Shown piece after piece: positions 60,997-64,000 of a stretch of DNA of 64,000 nt. A model generated the notes under the pieces. That model was not told the DNA's origin. It made no database searches and worked only from the letters and a program-made list of their open reading frames with translations. How positions within the stretch are numbered: position 1 is the stretch's first letter; every line of letters begins with the position of its first letter. The position numbers and the translations under genes were made by a program. The stretch covers positions 62,001 to 126,000 of the forward strand of contig RSEE01000040.1 of NCBI GenBank assembly GCA_003971905.1. The letters are read 5' to 3'. Source of the DNA: Moniliella sp. 'wahieum'. Taxonomy: Eukaryota.

Positions 60997-63900
60997 ATGG
61001 CTGCGTCTGTTTCTCGCGACGAGCGCGTAGCCCATCGCGCAGAATTGCGTCAGGCCAACGGCCATGTATGGCTTGCCGGTCCTTCCCGGCCGAGCGCTAA
61101 CCTGGATGCATCGCTCAAGAAGAACTCGGCGTATGTGAAGCGCATCCGCACTGGCCTCGTTGCTGATGCGCGCGATGTGTTGGTACGCGAGGCAGCAACT
61201 CTCAGCCTTGATCGCTACGTTGATGAACTGGTGGCGGCCGTCCCTGACGGCATCGCCCGTTCTGCGTGATAAAGATGTCGTTGCCGCCGCCGATGTTTTA
61301 TCTGCTTTTTGCCCGCTTTGGACCTGACTTCATTACGCCCATCGCTAGCGCTATTGAAAAGGAACTGCACCCGCCTCCTCCTCGTGGTACCGCTGCAGCG
61401 AATCAGGACGCCAAGCAGCGTGAGCTGCTCAAAGCTGCTGAAAATGCCCGCGTCACCAAGCTCAAGACGCTGGTCCGGGTCGCTACAGAGGGCGCGCTGG
61501 TGGACCTGTTCCGCTCAGGCACGGCAGCCGAACCTGCGGATGAGTCTCTCACATATTTGTTCAATATAACCCGCAACTTGGTGGCTACTGATCGTGAGCA
61601 CGCCAATGTTCCGGTCCTGGTCTCCCTCTTGCGCGCTGCCGGGACCATCCTCCTTGGCCCCCCAGCCAATGGCAAGGCGGAGGCGGATACGAAGGTACCT
61701 GCCGGAGAAGACCCCTCTCTTCCTGTAAATCATGTTTCGCCGGAGTGGAGGCCAAATTCCGTCAATTGCTTGATCCCTACTTTGCCGCCTTGTCCAAGAA
61801 GATCACCAAGGCGCATTCCAAGTTGGGCCCAGGATGTGCGCAATCAGGAGGCATACATCGCAGCGGCATCATTTTTGAGGACAGGGCTCAGGCATATGAG
61901 GCGCAAACTAAACAGTTTGACGCCATCCTTGATCAGGCGACAGCCCTGGCCGAGCTTTTGGACGCACCCCCCGAAACTGGAAACAGTGCAGGAGAGCAAG
62001 GCTGGGGTGGTTAACTTGGATGCCACTTCCTCTTTGGTTGATCTCAAGTCGGGGGATGCCGGGGTATGGGAGGACGAAGAGACCCGAGCCTTTTATGAAA
62101 ATTTGCTTGATGTGGGCTCCTCTGTCCCCCCTTCTTCGTTGCGCCTGAGGCAGGGGCCAAACCAAACGACCCGAGCAACGAGGATGGGTAAGACTCCCGA
62201 TGAAGCGAATGCGAAGGATGATGTGACTGCTTCAGAAAATGTGGAAGAGGTGCATGAAGAAGGCATGCCTGAACTTCCGGAAGAGGTTGCCGAGGATGAG
62301 CCAAGCACCGGAGACAAGGAACTGGATGATGCGGCGGATCGAGCTGAAGTTGGAGCTCGCCGGGTGGCCCAGCTTAACCTACTCCTTGCTCGTCTTCCTG
62401 AGCTGACGAACAGGACTATGATCGACAGCGCGGCGGTTGAGTTTGCCTATCTCAACTCCAAGCCGCCCGTGGTAAGTTGGAGCGCACGTTACTCAATATT
62501 CCTCGCAATCGTGGCGATCTTGCCCCATACTATGCCCGCTTGATCGCTACTTTGGCTCGGTATTGGCCTGATATTGGTGAGGTGACCGTATCATCTCTGA
62601 GTGGGCAACTGTTTGGAGCACTCAAGCGGCGTGGTGCTGCTGCCAATGACGTGGGCGCGACAGACTCGCGAGGTAAAGCGGCACGGTTCCTGGGGGAGTT
62701 GACGAAGTTCCAAGTGACCCCGGTGCACGTCATTCTTCATGTTATTAAGATGGCGATGGATGATATGGGCGCGGCGGCAGTTGATGTCCTGGCTACATTA
62801 CTCGAGACGTGTGGACGGTTTTTACTGTCACAGCCTGCTACGGCCCCTAAAGCGAAAGCGCTGTTAGAGCGAATGAAGCGCTTGCGCTCCACGAGCACCG
62901 TGTTGACCGCAGGTCAGCAATTAGCGGGACAATGCCTACTATGCATGTGTCCCGCCTCCCCGCGGCGTTCGTCAAGTCAAAGAGCGTTCTCCGATGGAGC
63001 TGTTTATCCGACATCTCATCTATGACGTACTCACCAAGAAGCACTTGGATAAGGTTGTTCGTCTCCTCCGTCAACTGCACTGGTCCCAACCCGAGACGCA
63101 GCGGACGCTGATGAGTGTGTTCGCCAAGCCGCATAAGCTCAAGTGGCCGGATATTCCGCTTCTGGCGCTCGTGCTCAGGGACCTACAGCCCTTTCATCCC
63201 GAGTTTGTCACAGCAGTCGTTGACACAGTGGTGGAGAAGATCAGGTTGGGGATGGAGATGAATTGGTTCCCCAGGCCCAGATCCGGGTGGCTCAGGTGGC
63301 GTTTTTGGGCGAGTTGTACAACGCAAACTTGATCACGTCAGGCTCTTGTTCTACCATCTTTGGTCTTTGTCACCTTTGCCCACCCTATCCCCCCAGTTCT
63401 ACCCCCATGGCCGGGGGAAGTCATCTTTCTTTGACGGCAGGCACGCCAGCAGCCGCTCCCGCGCCCGGGTACAACTATCAGTACTACCACGCCACCCCAA
63501 TCGACCGTGGAGATGACTACTTCCGCATTCGTCTTGTCTGCCACCTGATTAATATCACTGCCGTGGAAGGACGGTACGAACGTAATCCTGGGAAGCGGTC
63601 GTTGGCTGCTTTTCTCTCCTTTTTCAATGTGTACGTCCTGACCAAGGCAATGCCCCTGCCTTTGGACATCGACTACATGCTAGCCGACTCCCTGGACCTG
63701 ATGCCTGGCGTGGTCAGCGCCCTGGGTGGTTGGACATGGGACTTTGCTGTGGCGCTTGAGCGATACGAAAAGGGCCGTGCTGAGGCCGACAATGGGTTGG
63801 GGGAGGCCGAGGTGGATGAGGAAGAAGGAAGAGGACATGCCGCTTCCTTCCTCGCTGCAGGAAGACCGCGCTTCGGTCACGGGCGATGGTGATGATCGTT

Positions 63901-64000
63901 TGGGCGGGCTTGAGGAGGATGAGCGGCTGACTGTGGGGAGACCAAGAGGCCGAAGGGTTGGATGATGAAGATGAAGATCTGGATGAAGACGCGGAGGCAC
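60997..64000 (+). CDS. UPF2: Nonsense-mediated decay factor Upf2/Nmd2 (MIF4G domains), 3' end outside window
   Basis: NLDASLKKNSAYVKRIR; GVWEDEETRAFYENL; NRTMIDSAAVEFAYLNSK; FLGELTKF; LLETCGRFLL; DDYFRIRLVC; acidic tail. Confidence 0.93.

Noticed and set aside
2452..64000. Widespread frameshifts suggesting pseudogenes or programmed frameshifting
   Set aside because: They hit conserved housekeeping genes (VMA8, CDC24, RPL26, ROT1, UPF2) alike, often as 1-bp losses in short runs; long-read consensus error is the simpler explanation.

Overview
Eukaryotic, GC-rich, intron-poor fungal DNA. It is a basidiomycete, probably Ustilaginomycotina (inference). Nearly every gene is broken by 1-bp frameshifts, which I read as an unpolished long-read assembly, so gene boundaries are approximate. 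Recognisable genes: secreted GMC oxidoreductase, V-ATPase subunit D (VMA8), SconB/Met30 F-box-WD40, Cdc24 RhoGEF, intron-containing tRNA-Pro(CGG), PFK-2/FBPase-2-like protein, Erv29/SURF4, an LRR-DH-PH RhoGEF, Rot1, a PrxQ/BCP peroxiredoxin with a long tail, Rpl26, Ost3/6 and Upf2 (runs off the end), plus three hypothetical genes. Mobile DNA: a CRE-clade-like non-LTR retrotransposon family (one 5'-truncated RT-CCHC-REL copy bracketed by a 49-bp repeat, plus several fragments and leader/mini copies) and two solo-LTR families with 5-bp TSDs. The most unusual signal is non-coding. Regions upstream of most genes carry 7-bp-phased lattices of the form TNA-[4-nt palindrome]-TNA. At least 14 of the 16 possible palindromic spacers occur, and different spacers are often chained in phase. 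One retroelement copy shows such a unit arising as a 7-bp insertion at an nnTNAnn site, which points to a site-directed duplication or footprint process.
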